Source: Chiloscyllium plagiosum (Eukaryota). From it: a stretch of 64,000 nucleotides of DNA. The notes under the pieces are model-generated. The model ran no database searches. It had not been told where the DNA came from and saw only the letters and a list, made by a program, of their open reading frames with translations. Positions 49,160 through 62,936 of this stretch are shown here, piece after piece; the first letter of the stretch is position 1, and every line of letters starts with the position of its first letter. Location of the stretch: the NCBI RefSeq assembly GCF_004010195.1, contig NC_057753.1, positions 7,374,130-7,438,129 of the forward strand, written 5' to 3'. The translations under genes and the position numbers were made by a program.

Positions 49160-49445
49160 ACCTACAGCGTGGAAACAGGTCCTTCGGCCCAACAGGTCCA
49201 CACCGACACTCCAAAGAGTAACCCACCCAGACCCATTCTCCTAACTTCCCCTAACTATTGTACCTAACACTTTAGGCAATCATGGCAATTCACCCTCATC
49301 TGCACATCTTTGGATCGTGGGAGGAAACCTGAGCACCCAGAGGAAACCCGCGCAGACAGAGGAGGCAAATGTGCAAACTCCACACAGTCGCTCGAGGCTG
49401 GAATCGAACCAGGTTCCCTGATGCCTTGAGCCACCATGACACCCC
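49160..49445 (-). mobile_element. tRNA-derived SINE (HE1/V-SINE-like)
   Basis: B box ggttcgattcc and shared body and tail. Confidence 0.82.
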
Positions 49446-50089
49446 ACAAAAAATGGAAGTTGCTGAAAAAGTTAAGCAGGTCTGGAAGCATCTGTGAAGA
49501 GAATTCAAAGTTAATGTTTCGAGCCCTGTGATACTTCCTCAGACCTGATTCACAGTTGCTGCCAGACCTGCTGCGTTTTTCCATCAACTTTATGTTCTTG
49601 TTGGTGTTGTTATCACACAGTCTGCTCTAACATACCGCCCATCGTCAGGCACTAATTCGCCTCGAATAGCTGTTCAATCTCCCACTCGTTGTTTTAACTC
49701 CTTATTTCTCTCATCTCTCCCTTTAGTCTCAATCTCCACTGACTGTTTACTCCTTTGCCCTTCCCACCACATTATGTTCTGCACGAAATCCAACCTTTTT
49801 CGAGTATGCATAAGTTCTGCAAAAGGCTCACCGAACCTGATGAATTAACACTGACCTCTCTCCCCATGATTCTGCCGTACCTGCCTGAGACTTTCAACCA
49901 ATTTCTGTGTTTTTTTTAATCATTCTTAGCATTCTCAGTTCTTTCAGAATGTATATAGTTTCCAAATTGGATCTGGCGCCATGCAATAGATACTTGTGAA
50001 GATTCCCGGTCCACGATGTCTCCATTTCCCTCCCGCTCTCTGCTGTTTCACTATATTTCTGTTCTCCTTCATTTCTCGCACTCTCGCAT

Positions 50090-50340
50090 TAGTTATGACG
50101 TAGCACTTGAGTGGCAAATTAGTCACGTGCCGTAGCACTGACAGCGCCCCTCCCTCCTCCCACCTTCGCTTCCTTTAGTGAGGGAACCAGATGCCTCCAG
50201 TCGATCACCCAGGCGCCATTGTGATGTCAGATTACGCAGGATCTGGAGTCCAATGGCTGCGCTGCATTTGGCAGCTGATGAAGCCCGGCTGAAAGGGCGG
50301 GAGACTGGGGCTGGGTTGAGGGTGGGGGGTAGGTTTAACG
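50090..50340. promoter_or_regulatory. CpG-enriched promoter-like patch
   Basis: tgacgt, gtcacgtg, ccaat and gggcggga motifs clustered in non-repeat sequence. Confidence 0.35.
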
Positions 50341-51039
50341 AGAACACGCTGGTGGGTTCTTTCCTGTGGAAAGACTAGGATATCGGCTGTGATCCTTGGA
50401 CAGCAGGAATTCTGATGCTATATGGAAAATGATTCATCCGTTCTGCAGAAGGGTCACTGGACTGAACTCTGATTTCTCTCCATTGATAGTACCAGACATG
50501 CTGAGCTTCTCCAGCAATTTCTACTTTCCTTTACAATTGACACTTCTTTTCCCAATTCTCGTCTACAGAGAGAGTAGTTGAATAAATCTGAACCACACTG
50601 CGAACCCCAGACTTTGATGTTTATTCATAAATAATGTTTAAAAAGCTATAATCAGAACAATGTTCTGAACAGCTACACCAATATCAAATTGATCTTTGGT
50701 ATGAAATCTACAATTTAGTGTCTGAAAAAATCGGCTCATTACCATCTTCAATGAGAAAGAGATGAATAATCTTTGTTTACATTTCTCATTTTCATGCATA
50801 TTCTACACTAAGGAATTGACATGACCCACCAGAAACAAGGTAAATGGCAATTGATGTAGAATTGAGTGTGTCTGAATGTTATGCTTCCCGCCTGGTATAG
50901 AAATCCCCATAGCATGACATTAGTGATAAATTCACCATGAGCGAAAGTCAGAAATCTGAGCAAAGTTCAGAAATGACAGCTCCCTTAATCATTTTCCTTC
51001 ACTCCATTATGAATATTGAGCTTACTGAAGATGAGTTTT

Positions 51040-52850
51040 TCAAAAAGTGATGAGGAGTAGTAGAGGCTTTGTAAATGGATTTCAGCAAGGCGTTCAACAA
51101 GTCCTTGCATGGTCGATTCACCCACTAGATTTACTCATATCGCGTCCAGGGAGAGCTAGCAAATTGGATACAAAATTGGCTTGAAGGTAGGAAACCGATA
51201 TTGGTGGTATAGGGTTGTCTGTCAGCCTGGCGGACTGTGACCAGCGGTGTGCCATAAAGATCGGTGCAGAGAAGGGGTAAGCTTTACTAAGTTTGCAGAT
51301 GACACGTCGAAATCTGTGAAGTAGACAGTGGACAGTGAAAAGTTTATCTCTTCGTAGAACGGGACATTCATCAGGTGAAGTAATAGACCGAAGACTGGCA
51401 GATGAAGTTTAATTTACCTGAATGTAAGGTGTTGCATTTTGGTTGGGCAAATTAGACTAGGAATTATCCAGGTCGATGTGCTTATTGATTTAATCTATGG
51501 ATGAGTGCCATGCCTCTAGGAATTCCCTGGCTGTTCTCTGTTTGGCTTGATCTATAATAGTAGTGTTGTCCTAGCCGAATTCATGTTGCTTGTCATCGGA
51601 GTGTGTGGCTACTAAGGATAGCTGGTCATGTCGTTGCGTGGCTAGTTGGTGTTCATGGATGCGGACCGTTAGCTGTCTTCCTGTTTGTCCTGTTAGGACA
51701 AACGATCCGCATCCATGAACACCAACTAGCCACGAAACGACACGACCAGCTATCCTTAGTAGCCACACACTCCGGTGACAAGCAACATGAATTCGGCTAG
51801 GACAACACTACTATTATAGATCAAGCCAAACAGAGAACAACCAGGGAATTCCTAGAGGCATGGCACTCATCCATAACTTAAATCAATAAGCACATCGACC
51901 TGGACCCAATATACCGACCACTGCAGCGGACAGCTGGAACTGACAACCGGAAGCGACAGAGACAAATCACTATAAATGCCGGAGGAAACATCACAGAAGC
52001 ACTTCACAGGAGGCTCCCAAGCACTGAGGGTGTCACCTAGACAGGGGACAAAATGTCTGCAACACAAATTCCCAGCTCAGCGAACAGAACCACAACAACG
52101 AGCACCCGAGCTACAAATCTCCTCACAAACTTTGAATGTGCTTATCACGTGTGTCTTCATTTGTCAATGCAATGAGCATAAGTCTTGCGTTGTAAAATTG
52201 TGGATGTAGAAGACCTTGCTTAGGCCTTTTTTTTTTGGAATACAGTGTAAAATTTTGTTCACCATTTTGAAATTTTATGTCGTTGAACTTGAGAGCTGAA
52301 GAAAAAAAAAGAGAATATTGCTGGGGTTGAAGGGTTTCAGCTTTCGGGAGAGGCTAAATAGATTGGGTCTTTCCCACCGGAGTGTTGAAGGCCGAGGGGT
52401 GACAGAGTCATAGAGGTGTACGGCATGGAAACAGACCCTTCGGTCCAATCCGTCCATGCCAACCAGATATCTCAACTCAATCTAGTCCCATGATAAAGGT
52501 TTATAAAATCATGAGAGCCCTGCATATGGTAAATAAACAGTCTTTCCCCCCAGGGTCGTGGAGTTAAAAAGTAAAGGGCATAGGTTAAGATGAGGGAGAA
52601 ATATTTAAAAGAGACCTGAGGGGAAACTTTCTCAAGCAAGAGTGGTGCATGTAAGGAATCAGCTGCTCGAGGAAGTAGTGGACGTGGGTACAATTACAAC
52701 TTGTAAAAGATGTCTCAGTGTGTGCAGCTATACGAAGGGATTATAAGGATATGAGCCAAATCTTGGCAAATGGGACTACATTAAATTAGGATATCTGATC
52801 TGCTTGGACAGTTTAAACTAAAGGGTCTGTTTTCGTGCTCCGTGAGTGTA
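51040..52850 (+). mobile_element. Old CR1 3' half, interrupted by a Penelope element
   Basis: atggatttcagcaaggcgttc (DFSKAF), tttgcagatgac (FADD), and a CR1 3' UTR at about 52750-52850. Confidence 0.75.
51470..52133 (+). mobile_element. Penelope family C insertion: inverted duplication of GIY-YIG C-terminus plus pseudo-LTR
   Basis: 51470-51667 is the reverse complement of 51705-51905 (IRIHEHQLATKRHDQLSLVATH..REFLEAWHS..INKHIDLDPIY). Degenerate hammerhead gcaCTGAGGG..ggacAAAAtgtctgc at about 52021-52060. Confidence 0.88.
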
Positions 52851-54299
52851 ACATTGCTGACAGACACCTCTGAGGCTTGGTATTTCTGGTCTGGATATAT
52901 TTCTCTCTCACAGGGGCAGGATCAAGAGAACGAAAACCCAAACCGAATTGACTCTTATGATCCACAATTAACTTAGGAGTCTGCATATGTGCAGAAACTG
53001 CTCTGAACACAGAAATCATCACTCTGGGCGGGAAAACGATTTGAAATTCATCCAGACTCGTTTCAGCCAAATGCCACCACTCAGAAGTGCAGAAGAGAAA
53101 CACCAGGCTTGATATATAACTGGATTTCCCTTCACATGTACCACCATGCTTGTTCAGTTGCATCAGTATTCTCAGTCTGTTTCGGTTTTCAGTAGCTGTA
53201 GCATTTTATTTTCCTTTTCATATAGTTTCTTTTTTGTTTGACTAGCCTGTAGATGTGCTTCTAATTAACGAGGAGTGCATGAATTCCACCTTTTTCAACG
53301 CCAGGTGAAACCCGGCTCTATTGTTCCTGTCTGCTAGTTGAAGTGTACATAGACTACAGTCATGTGTCTTTGCTCTCATGTGATTGGGCCATGGAAGTCA
53401 AGAATGAATCAGAGAACTATTTCAGGCCTGTCTTCTGAAAGCTTCTTCCATGGTACTGCAGCTTCTATGGTTTACCTTATAATAGAAACATTTCGATACT
53501 AAGGAAAGGCGAATGGCTGCCCAACTGAATGGTCTGGCCAGTTTGTAGGTTTCAAGGTGGAAACTCTTTCGTGACACATTGAACAGGAAAGATCAGGCTT
53601 CAACTGTTAATCCAGTGAACGAGCTGCCTAAATGGGATCAGACGTATTTCCCATTAGGTCCATTCCTTCTTGAATTGCTCGTTCCCAAAGAAGGAGGTAA
53701 GTAATGGGAGAATTACTTAAATAGTATCACATGAATGAGAGGACCCTCGTGTCGATCAATTTCCGATCAGCTGTCCATTATGCTTCGATCAGCAGCTCAG
53801 AACGCTTCGTGAGTCTCTTCAGAAAATTTACTGTTCCGCATCCTTGGAAATCGCGTGCTTCACAAAGCAGCATTTGCTTTGCAGGTGTGAAAGGATTTAC
53901 AATATTTACCAATGGTGACCCCTCTACCCTCTACTTTGCTGTTAGGAGCGCCCTCATCTAGAAATGGTGGTGGTTTCGAAGTCTGTCAAGTATCATTATT
54001 GACAAGTCGTGGATTTTCTCCTGTGAAACTTTTGATTGATTAAAGAACTTGAATAAATTTTGAAATGAATGGGAAATCCATGTAGTTTACCGTGCGCCTG
54101 ACATCAAAGAAAATATTGTTTAAATGAAGTCCTTCACAGAAATGTAAAAACTGTGAATAAAATCAGATTGAACAAAAGGAAAAAAAAATTGCATTCATAA
54201 TTGCAATTAAAACCTGAACATTTTCTCCATCAAAATTCGTTCCTTTGACTCGGAGATAAACATTTCTTTTCCCCAGAGGAATGCAAAATTGACACGAAA

Positions 54300-57250
54300 T
54301 AGAAATATAATCAAAATTATCATTCGCTCTAGAAAGACAGCGCCCTCCTTAAGGAAACAGACTGTGACTTTATTGGTGACCTCAATAATCCTGTTCCTTA
54401 CTCTGGACAGAAAGAATTTGGAATGGCCGTGGGAGCGAATTTGGAAATATTATCAACACAAGCCCACTTAATCAGATCGATGAGTTTGAGAACCAGTCTT
54501 CTAGAGACTTCCAGGTTTGAAACAGTATCAGTGAAATCATGGCTGGAACCACCACTACAGAGTTACACCATTGCTTTCAAATCAGCCCGATGATGCAAAC
54601 AAGGATTGGATCATGACATGAAGCAGAAAAGGTGTTCTGCCGACTCTCACGAGCACCTGTCTGGATAAATTGAAGAATGCAGGAACGTACAGCATGTGTA
54701 CCTTCACTGGAAAAATCCGGGGAAGGTTTGGTTTCCGAACTCAGCAGAAATGACCGTTATTAAAAGAGGAGGTGAGAAACGACAGGCAGTCTCACATGCC
54801 AACACTCCTGCAGTTTGGAAAAATGAACAATGACCCGAAACTGTTGGTAGGGACGAGCATAATATTGAACATTCAACCGTAAACTCGATCACAGTTGAAA
54901 TGTCTACCAGGTCAGGTGTTAACAGCGAGTCGACATCGCTTGGCAAAAACTCTGGTAGCCTGTCCTTGTGTCATTTTGGAATACATTAGTGACTATTTTA
55001 CAGCTGGCCACAGGCAGACACTGCATCCAAGATGGCACAAACATATTCCAATGTCACAATTAATGGTGCACTGCACATTACGGTTGGACGTCCAATTGTA
55101 TAAATATAGTTACTTGCCGAAGAAGAGCTCTAAAACACAAGAGAAAAGGGAAGAGCCAGAAGGAGTATGTTAAACAGAGCAACCATCATGCCTGGGGGCG
55201 GACAGACATTGGAGCTAACAGGCATTACTTAAGAATAGACGATTGTTAACGGGCAGTGGCAGACGTTTAAGCGAACGTTTTATAATGTTCTGTGAAACTT
55301 TATTCTGATCAATATTAAGGATGAAATGAAATGACGAACCATCTATGGAAATCAAAAGCACCCAGTAGAGTCCCCATACAGCGAAACAAAAAGCCTTATA
55401 AAACAGAGAATATTAGTAATAGGCCAATATATTTTATATGTTAGCAATCAGCAATTATGATATAAAACCTGAACCTAGATGAAGAAAACAGGCTTTGGAA
55501 GTAAATTTCCAATAATTCCCCATGAAACAAAACAGAGAGAGCATCTATGGGTCCAAGCTACAGCATGGCATTACATTGAGAATGTGAGTTAAAATTGGCG
55601 GACATTGAGTTCACAAATTAAGCACAGTGGTAAATTGAGGCTACACATTATAACAACGGAGCGTGATGCAATTGCCATCACTGAGACATTGCTTATGTAG
55701 TGGCAGAATGTGCAGCTCAATATTTCAGCATATAGGGTGCTCAGCCAAGACAGGGAACAGGTCAAAGTGAAACTTGTGTTGCAATACAGATCTGAGAGTC
55801 AAATACAGCAGTGAGAAGGGATGACGTCTTAGAAACCTTCTCAACTTAAGCCATTTGGTGAGACGACTAAAAAAAAGACAGGAGAAATCACATTGCTAGT
55901 AGGGTACAGTGAATCCCCTTAAAGACTGACAGAAATAGAAGAGCAGATTTCTGGCGAAAATTTCACCGAAGCACGACAGCAATAGACTATTGGTAGTAGG
56001 GATTTACAATTTACCCAACATTAACAGGGTTAGTTATGCTGTAAGAAATTTAGAGGGAGAAGAATTCTTCAAATTGACCGAGGAGGTTGTTAAGCAATTA
56101 CAGACAAGATAATACAAGAAAAACAAAGTATGCTTCTGGACTGATATTCTGGTAATGAGCCGAGGAATTTGTTGAAATGTCAGCTAGAGATGGGACAAGA
56201 TTTTGCAGACAGAGATCATAACTTCACTAGATGCAAGCTTATTGAGTCAACGTTCATGTATGAGCCTGAAATCAAAGTTCTAAATATGAGGAAAGGCACA
56301 TTTTAAGAAAGATCAGACGCTATTTGATCAAAGCTACTTTTCCTTAAATATGTGTTAGAGTAGTTGGGCGCACTGAGCAAGTAAATAGGGAGATCCAGGC
56401 TGAACATATTCAATCAAGGTAAAGGGTGGAAAACATAAAACCTCTGGATCCTGGCCTGGCAAGCAGAAGACAAGATTTGTTAAAGATTAAAAAGAAGAAA
56501 CTTATGCCAGAAACTAAGATCTCAATATATGCAAAACACCAAAGGGTGACAGCGTGTTTAAGATGAAACTGAAAAAGGCAACTACAAATGAAAAAAGGAG
56601 GCATGAAGAATCATCGTGGGTATGAACTGGCGAGGACAGCACAGATGCACTTGAAGAACTGGCAGAGTCAACAGCATTTGTGGTCGATGAATATCTAAAG
56701 AATGTGCAAGTGTTGGGAAATTCCTAACCTCAAGCCACTCACTCTCGGATTGACACGAAGGCAATAGATACAGATACAGATGATACAGACGATACAATAG
56801 ATACAGGTGGTGCAGAGCAAGCTGTGTAAACATCTTCCATCTTTGAAGATGGAATGACTTTCACTGGTGGACAATGTGGGGTCTGATGCCAGAGCTTGGG
56901 TGAAGTTGAAGTTTCAGTTTGAAAAAGGAAGTTAGGAATGGACAGCTGATATTAGGTTAGATCAATGTATGTATTCCATGAACTAAACAGATGAAGCAAC
57001 CGTTCTCTTATTGACATAACAACTTCATGCAGCATCGAGAAGTTGTGTATGCACTAGGCTGAGTCAATATCGGTTAGAGAATAGTAGATTAACTGAAGGT
57101 CATTCACACATGTGAATGGTGTGCTGATGTCGTGCTTTTTTGTTTATTACTAAATTGGGAAATTGAGTATAGAGTTAAAAGCATGTGCTCCTTGGAAATA
57201 TGATTCTATGTGATATAGAGCTGAAGAGGTAAGTTGGCTCCTTGAGGAAA
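54300..57250 (+). mobile_element. Ancient, highly degraded CR1-like fragments
   Basis: Residual APE motifs: gccatcactgagaca (AITET), gtagggatttacaatttacccaacatt, tctggtaatgagcc, gatcataac. Confidence 0.55.
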
Positions 57251-57262
57251 TCTTTAAAAATG

Positions 57263-58648
57263 TTATTTTTTCCAAATTTTAAATAATTTAAACAATTGAT
57301 TTATTGGATGTTTCAACCCATTCTTTAACTCAGCTCTCACTTTGTTTTGAGTCCCTGCATAAATAAATGGATTGACACAAGAACTCAAAAACTGAAGCAT
57401 ATACCCAGTTTCCTCGAATATAAAGGTTGATTGCTCAGCAATAGAACCTGCAAAGTAAGTGCTCTTTGCAACTCGAACGTAAAGAGCCTGAAAAAAATAT
57501 AAGGAATATAACACGATGAAACTCCCTGAAATGGCAAAGAGTAAAACAATTGACTTTCTTCTCTTCTCCATCTCTGGGTCACACTGATTCTCTCCCGTTC
57601 TCTGGGCTCGGAGTCTCCTGCGGGATTGATTGGCTGCTAGAATATGTCTGACAGTCAGAGTATTGAGCAGTAAAATCAGAATGACCGGGAGGTAAGGAGT
57701 TAAAATAAAACGAACTAGATCATATGCAGCCCATGCAGGTAACGTATAAAATTCAAATTTTATGCTGCAGAACCAGGGTACATTGTCAATTATGTACCTG
57801 GGTTCGTACCCAAAGTACACAAAGATGTCTTTTATACAAGAGAATGTGGAGACGATTGTGATTACCCTGCCTGCCGTTTTCTCAGTACAATATTTTATTT
57901 TCAGTTTTTGGCAGCAAATAGCCACAAATCGATCAAAGGTGAAGACAACTGTGAGCCAGGCAGAGCTGTCTATGGCTGCATAACTTAAAACAGAACGTAT
58001 ACTGCATATTGGAGTAATAAACAGGAAACTGGGAAATAAATCCCAGCAATCCTGTTTAATATCACAGTCAGAACAATGGCTAAAAAATCAGTAACCGCCA
58101 TGGCGACAAGGTAACAAGTGATACATCTGGAGAGACCACAGCTTCTTTGAGACAGGATTGCAATTACTGCCAAGTTAGCTGAAATAATGTGTGAGACAGA
58201 ATGAGTCAGTTTCATACTATTAAAACGAGTACTTCAGACATTCTAGAACATTGTTTCCACTTCCAAAACAATTAATCATTTTACGATGTTTCGTGTAAAT
58301 TTTCAGCATTTGGAATGTGGTTCTCAATTAGAAGTCAAGCATTAACCCACAGACAACTATCTCTGCATGCCAATTATTGATCAATATTTGAAATGAGGCA
58401 GATCAATGTTGCAGGAATTGAAGATTATTATTCGAAAGTTAACATTGCCGATTAAGCAATTAATGACTATCAAAATAAATAGTGGACTACTCAATGACTC
58501 AGACAAAAATGCAACAGCAAGAATTAAAGACAATGGAGTTGACCAAGTTTCCTGCTTTGGGTAATGGCAGAACATTACCTGGAACTCCGATTGCTGCAAG
58601 GACGGGATAGTAAATCGCAAACACCAGACCGCTTGGTATTCCATGCAT
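57263..58648 (-). pseudogene. Two-exon GPR139-like class A GPCR with one frameshift
   Basis: Exon 1 58648-58579 MHGIPSGLVFAIYYPVLAAIGVP(G|gtaatg). Intron 58578-58179 is GT..AG. Exon 2 ANLAVIAILS..YLVAMAVTD..[frameshift about 58030]..SAWLTVVFTFDRFVAICC..SCVNPFIY, stop at 57263. Spliced length is 986 nt, not a multiple of 3. Confidence 0.88.
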
Positions 58649-59989
58649 TTCTGTCAGAAGATCCAGCTATGATCTCTATTTCACTGACAAATGGCCGAAT
58701 TTATATCTTCTGAATGGCATTGGGGAACTAATTAAATGCTACGATCTGGAGCATGTATAATATCTATGGAAAACAAAAAGCAAATTAATGTTTATGTTGT
58801 GATGGGATGGCACTTCTTCCTTATGACTTCATACTTTTGTAATAAGAAATATCCATTTAGCACAAAACGTAATATTTGTAATTACGTTTCTTTGTAAAAA
58901 CTAAGACTGCCTAGACCTGAAAGTCATGCGAACGTGGCAGAGTTCAATTCTGACTGGGCGAAGAAATGTATATTGCCCGTGGGAAATAGAGCTAAGCTCA
59001 CAGACCTATTCTGTCAGTGTGATTATCCATCCAGTGTGACGATGCTGTCCCTTCAAACAGGTGATAGTGTCCTTGCTTTCTTTCAACAGAGTTCGGATTG
59101 GCAGACGTGTGGATATGCCTTGAAGTGTTTAACATATGCTGTCCAAATCAACAATTAAAGGAAGCCATTGTCTTCTTTTAAAACAATTGAACAGTGAAAA
59201 GGCAGTGGCCAGTTCAACCAGTTCAGGTTTTTTTTGTAGCTGAGTTTCAGCAAGAAGTCAAAAACTGCGGGGGACCTAGAAAAGCAGCTACACTGAAAAG
59301 AGGTTCCATGCTTCCAGAGAGCTCTCTGTAATGTCTCCCGCCTGTAAGAACTTGAGTTTGAATTTACCTTTTGCCAAGGGGTGTGTTTCTGTGATGTTGC
59401 AGGGATTGGGACTGCTTCGTTAAGCTGAAATATTGTGTCAGTTGAGTTATCAAACAAGTTAAGTTCTTTTAAATTTTGTTTCATACGTATTGTGTAAATG
59501 TATTCTGTTTTGTTAAAGGATTCTGCCCTTTTTTCCCCGAGTCTGTCTATGTCCAACTCCATCGCAGCCTTTTCCACTCTCAATAACCTCACCACCCAAC
59601 CAGAGAGAGAGGTTTGGTGCATGAGCGGGGATTTGGAGGGGATAGTTCAGACGGATAGATACTTCATTCCTGACTCTGCGGGACGGAATGGGTGAAGTCT
59701 CAGGGAAGGATTTAGGAGTGGCAGCGGCTAGGGAAGTTACCATAGAGAAGGGGCACATTTGTTCAATCAATGGCTGGCAATTCTTACATTGTTGCTTATG
59801 GGTATCATATTGTGGTAGAGAGAGAGAGACAGAGAGAGAAATAAGAAGGTGCTGGCAACACTGGGATCTTGCTGTGTAATATATTGCTTGTGGAATGCCA
59901 CAGAGGGAGAGAGAGAAAGAGAAAGTGGTGGAGAATCCTCATTCGCAAACTGTGACATGTTTTGTATAGGAAGAGAGAAACTGAAAGGT

Positions 59990-60101
59990 AGTGAGATAGA
60001 GAGAGAGAGAGAGAGAGAGAGACAGGCAGTGAAACCGAGCAATATAGACAGACACAGGGAGAGAATGAGAGAGCGAGACAGAAGGGCAGACCCACTGTTT
60101 G

Positions 60102-60177
<76 letters not shown>

Positions 60178-60190
60178 TAGAAAATAGATA
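59990..60190. repeat. (GA)n and (GATA)n microsatellites
   Basis: (GA)n at about 59995-60022 and (GATA)n/(GACA)n at about 60103-60180. Confidence 0.95.
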
Positions 60191-61667
60191 GAAAGAATAG
60201 CATCAAAAATTGATAGTGGAAGTACTGGCAACATTAGGATCTTGCTGCAGGAAAGACATGACTTGATGTTTGTGGAATGTCATAAAGAGAGTGGGCAGAG
60301 AGATAGATGGAGAAAGATAGAGAGAGGCATATGGGCAACGAGAGAAAAAAAAAACTACAGTGGGAGAGAGAGAGTGAATTAGAGAGAGAGGGAGAAAGAT
60401 GGTGAAGTAGAGACAGATAGATAGAGAGACAGAAAGAGAGAGACAGGTTCAGAATCAGAAACTGACCGAAAATTCTGGCGACACTTGGATCTTACTGCAT
60501 ACAAAAAGAACGCCTTCAGAACCAACTAAACCGCCAACAACTTCAATATCGTTCAGGCTACGTTTTGCAGCTCCGGCGAGACGCAGCTGCACAGAATTTC
60601 CTTCATTCTGGTGTCAGCCAGTCTCTGGCGGAGTTGTGCAAAGTGTATGTTTTTGGGGAAGGAGAGAGGGAACGACTGTCAATGTGATACCTCAGCACTC
60701 TCATACACGGCTTCCTCTGGGATCTTACTGTGCGTCTCTTGGCCTGCAGGCTGCCCACACACATCACGAGCCTGTCACCAGATGTCCCGGATTCAGTTTG
60801 CTGCTGCCCTGACAGAGGATGGATTGTATAATCGCTCCTATATCCAACCGCACCTCTCATCACCTCCCTCCCTGAAATATCTAAAAGACGGGACACTGAG
60901 ATCTGAAGACAAAAGAGGGCATTTCATTCAAGACGTACAGGAAAACAAGATTAAGAGAGAATGGGTTGAATTGATTCCTGCGAGCAAGATAAAGCTGTGA
61001 TGGAGAGACAGACGGTTACAAGTAGAGATGCAGAGTGAAAAGGAGGAAGAGAGAGAGAGAAAGTGTTAGAGAGAGGAATTAAACAGAAAAAAGAGGGTGA
61101 AAGAGACAGATAGTGTTGAAATGAGTGGAATTGAGAGAGGGGAGTGAAAGAGAGAGTGTTAAAAGGATTAAGACAGAAGGAGTGACAGAGAAAGAGGTAC
61201 AGGTATTGGTAATATGTGGCAGTTTCAATGTTAATATTTCATGTAGTAGCAGCAGCATTCAAATACACATTGAGCATGAGTTCGAAGCGGTGATAGGGAG
61301 TTGGACATGGTTGCATTAGTTTATTTTTTGCGCTTTCCTTTCAATATGATAGAGGAACAGCTTAACATGACAGGCTAAACACGGAGGGAGGGAAACAGAG
61401 ATGCAGGGGAAAAAATAAAACAATGCAGAGACCGAATCATGGAGAGAGGCAGACAGAGAGAGGGGGAAGGAGGGTAAGACGGACACAAGCTCTGGGAATG
61501 ACTCCCCACCATTGATTTATTGCCCAACCCCTCAGAAAATAACATAAAAACTGAGGGCAGTCGGAAAGCATTGCCCGTCTCATCCCAATGGGTAATTTTG
61601 CTATTTGCTAGGTTAAAAACCTGACTGAAGAGCTGATATGATGGGGAGATTTTTGGAAGTTAGTGAG

Positions 61668-61690
61668 TGGGGGGGGGGGGGGGGGGGGGG
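61668..61690. repeat. Poly-G tract
   Basis: About 23 consecutive G. Confidence 0.9.
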
Positions 61691-62936
61691 AGGGGATTAT
61701 TTGTTGTCTCTGCTTTTTTCTTTGATTCAAATAACTTCCGTTTTGATTTGATCAGTTAGATTCTTCACTTGAAGCCGATAAAATTCCTGCCTCTGTGGCT
61801 GAGGGAGCAAAATTGCAGTACAAACATACACGTAGGAATCCTATGTTTCGGAGACGTATTGTAGATTTGTGTGTGCCTCCCTGTGCCTCCCTGAGGAAAC
61901 TTATAGAGAAGTCTGGGGTAGATTTGGGAAGAATGCTTGTGTTTCTTTTTGGGGTTGCGGCAGAGAATGATTTGGGAAAACTTCGAATCTATAGTTTACA
62001 GCTGTGCTTTGAATTGAAGTGCCTGTGTTTCCATGATGGCGCAGTGAAGAGACGGGAAGATCAGGTGTTGGAACGGAGAAAGGGAAAAAAAAAGAAAACT
62101 GTTAAAAGAGGAAGGCTGGTCGAGGAGATTTTCCAGAGGAAGACACAAGGTCTAGGGAGGGGGAGACCCAGTGTTCAGTCAGTGCCTTGCTCCAGTCCCA
62201 CTCTCCCGTTTGAAAAAGGGAAGAGTTTGGCATGTCCTGGTGGTGAACAGGGAAAGGCTGTGTTTGACCGTAGCAGATTCTGGGATCTTGCTTTAAGTGG
62301 AGTGGCCTTCACCCTGTTGTAATATGGCAACTGGAAAATTTTATCTTTCAAAGTAGGGAAAGAGTTGTGAGATTGGACAATGAAATCCCGGAAAGAGAAA
62401 TATGTTCCGTTTTGTGACTGATGCTGGTGACTGTAAAGTCTTCCCGACAGGAGGCAGTAATTTTTGCCCTGGTTTAAAAACGGAAATCTCTGTCTAATTT
62501 TGCACTGTTCAAAAAACAACATGCAGTAGTGCCAGACGAGTTTTCTCTGTGCTTACTCACAGGCGGAACGTCCCATTTTCAAGAGATATGATTTGTAAGA
62601 TTCCCAGAATGGGTGAGAGTGGGAAAAGGATGTGAAAATTGCAGTTACTTTGATGGTTGGATTGGAAGGCAGCCTGTTTGAAACTTCAATCTGAAGGTAA
62701 AATCGCTGTTTGAAGTCAATCTGACTCTTGGTCTCTTTCCACCTCTAGCCAGTTCCCACTCACTAAGATTTCTATTGCTCATCATGCAGTCCAAACACAC
62801 CCAGAAAATCGATTCATTTTATCTCATGGAGAGTCAGAGAGAGAGACGCTTCACAGAATACGAGAGAGGGAGTGATGCACAGCGGGGGCGGGTGTTGGTG
62901 TTGGGGTCTGGGGGAAAGAGGAACAGAGAGTGAGGA

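Noticed and set aside
59767..60234. Hydrophobic 133-155 aa ORFs
   Set aside because: Translations of (GATA)n/(GA)n microsatellites.
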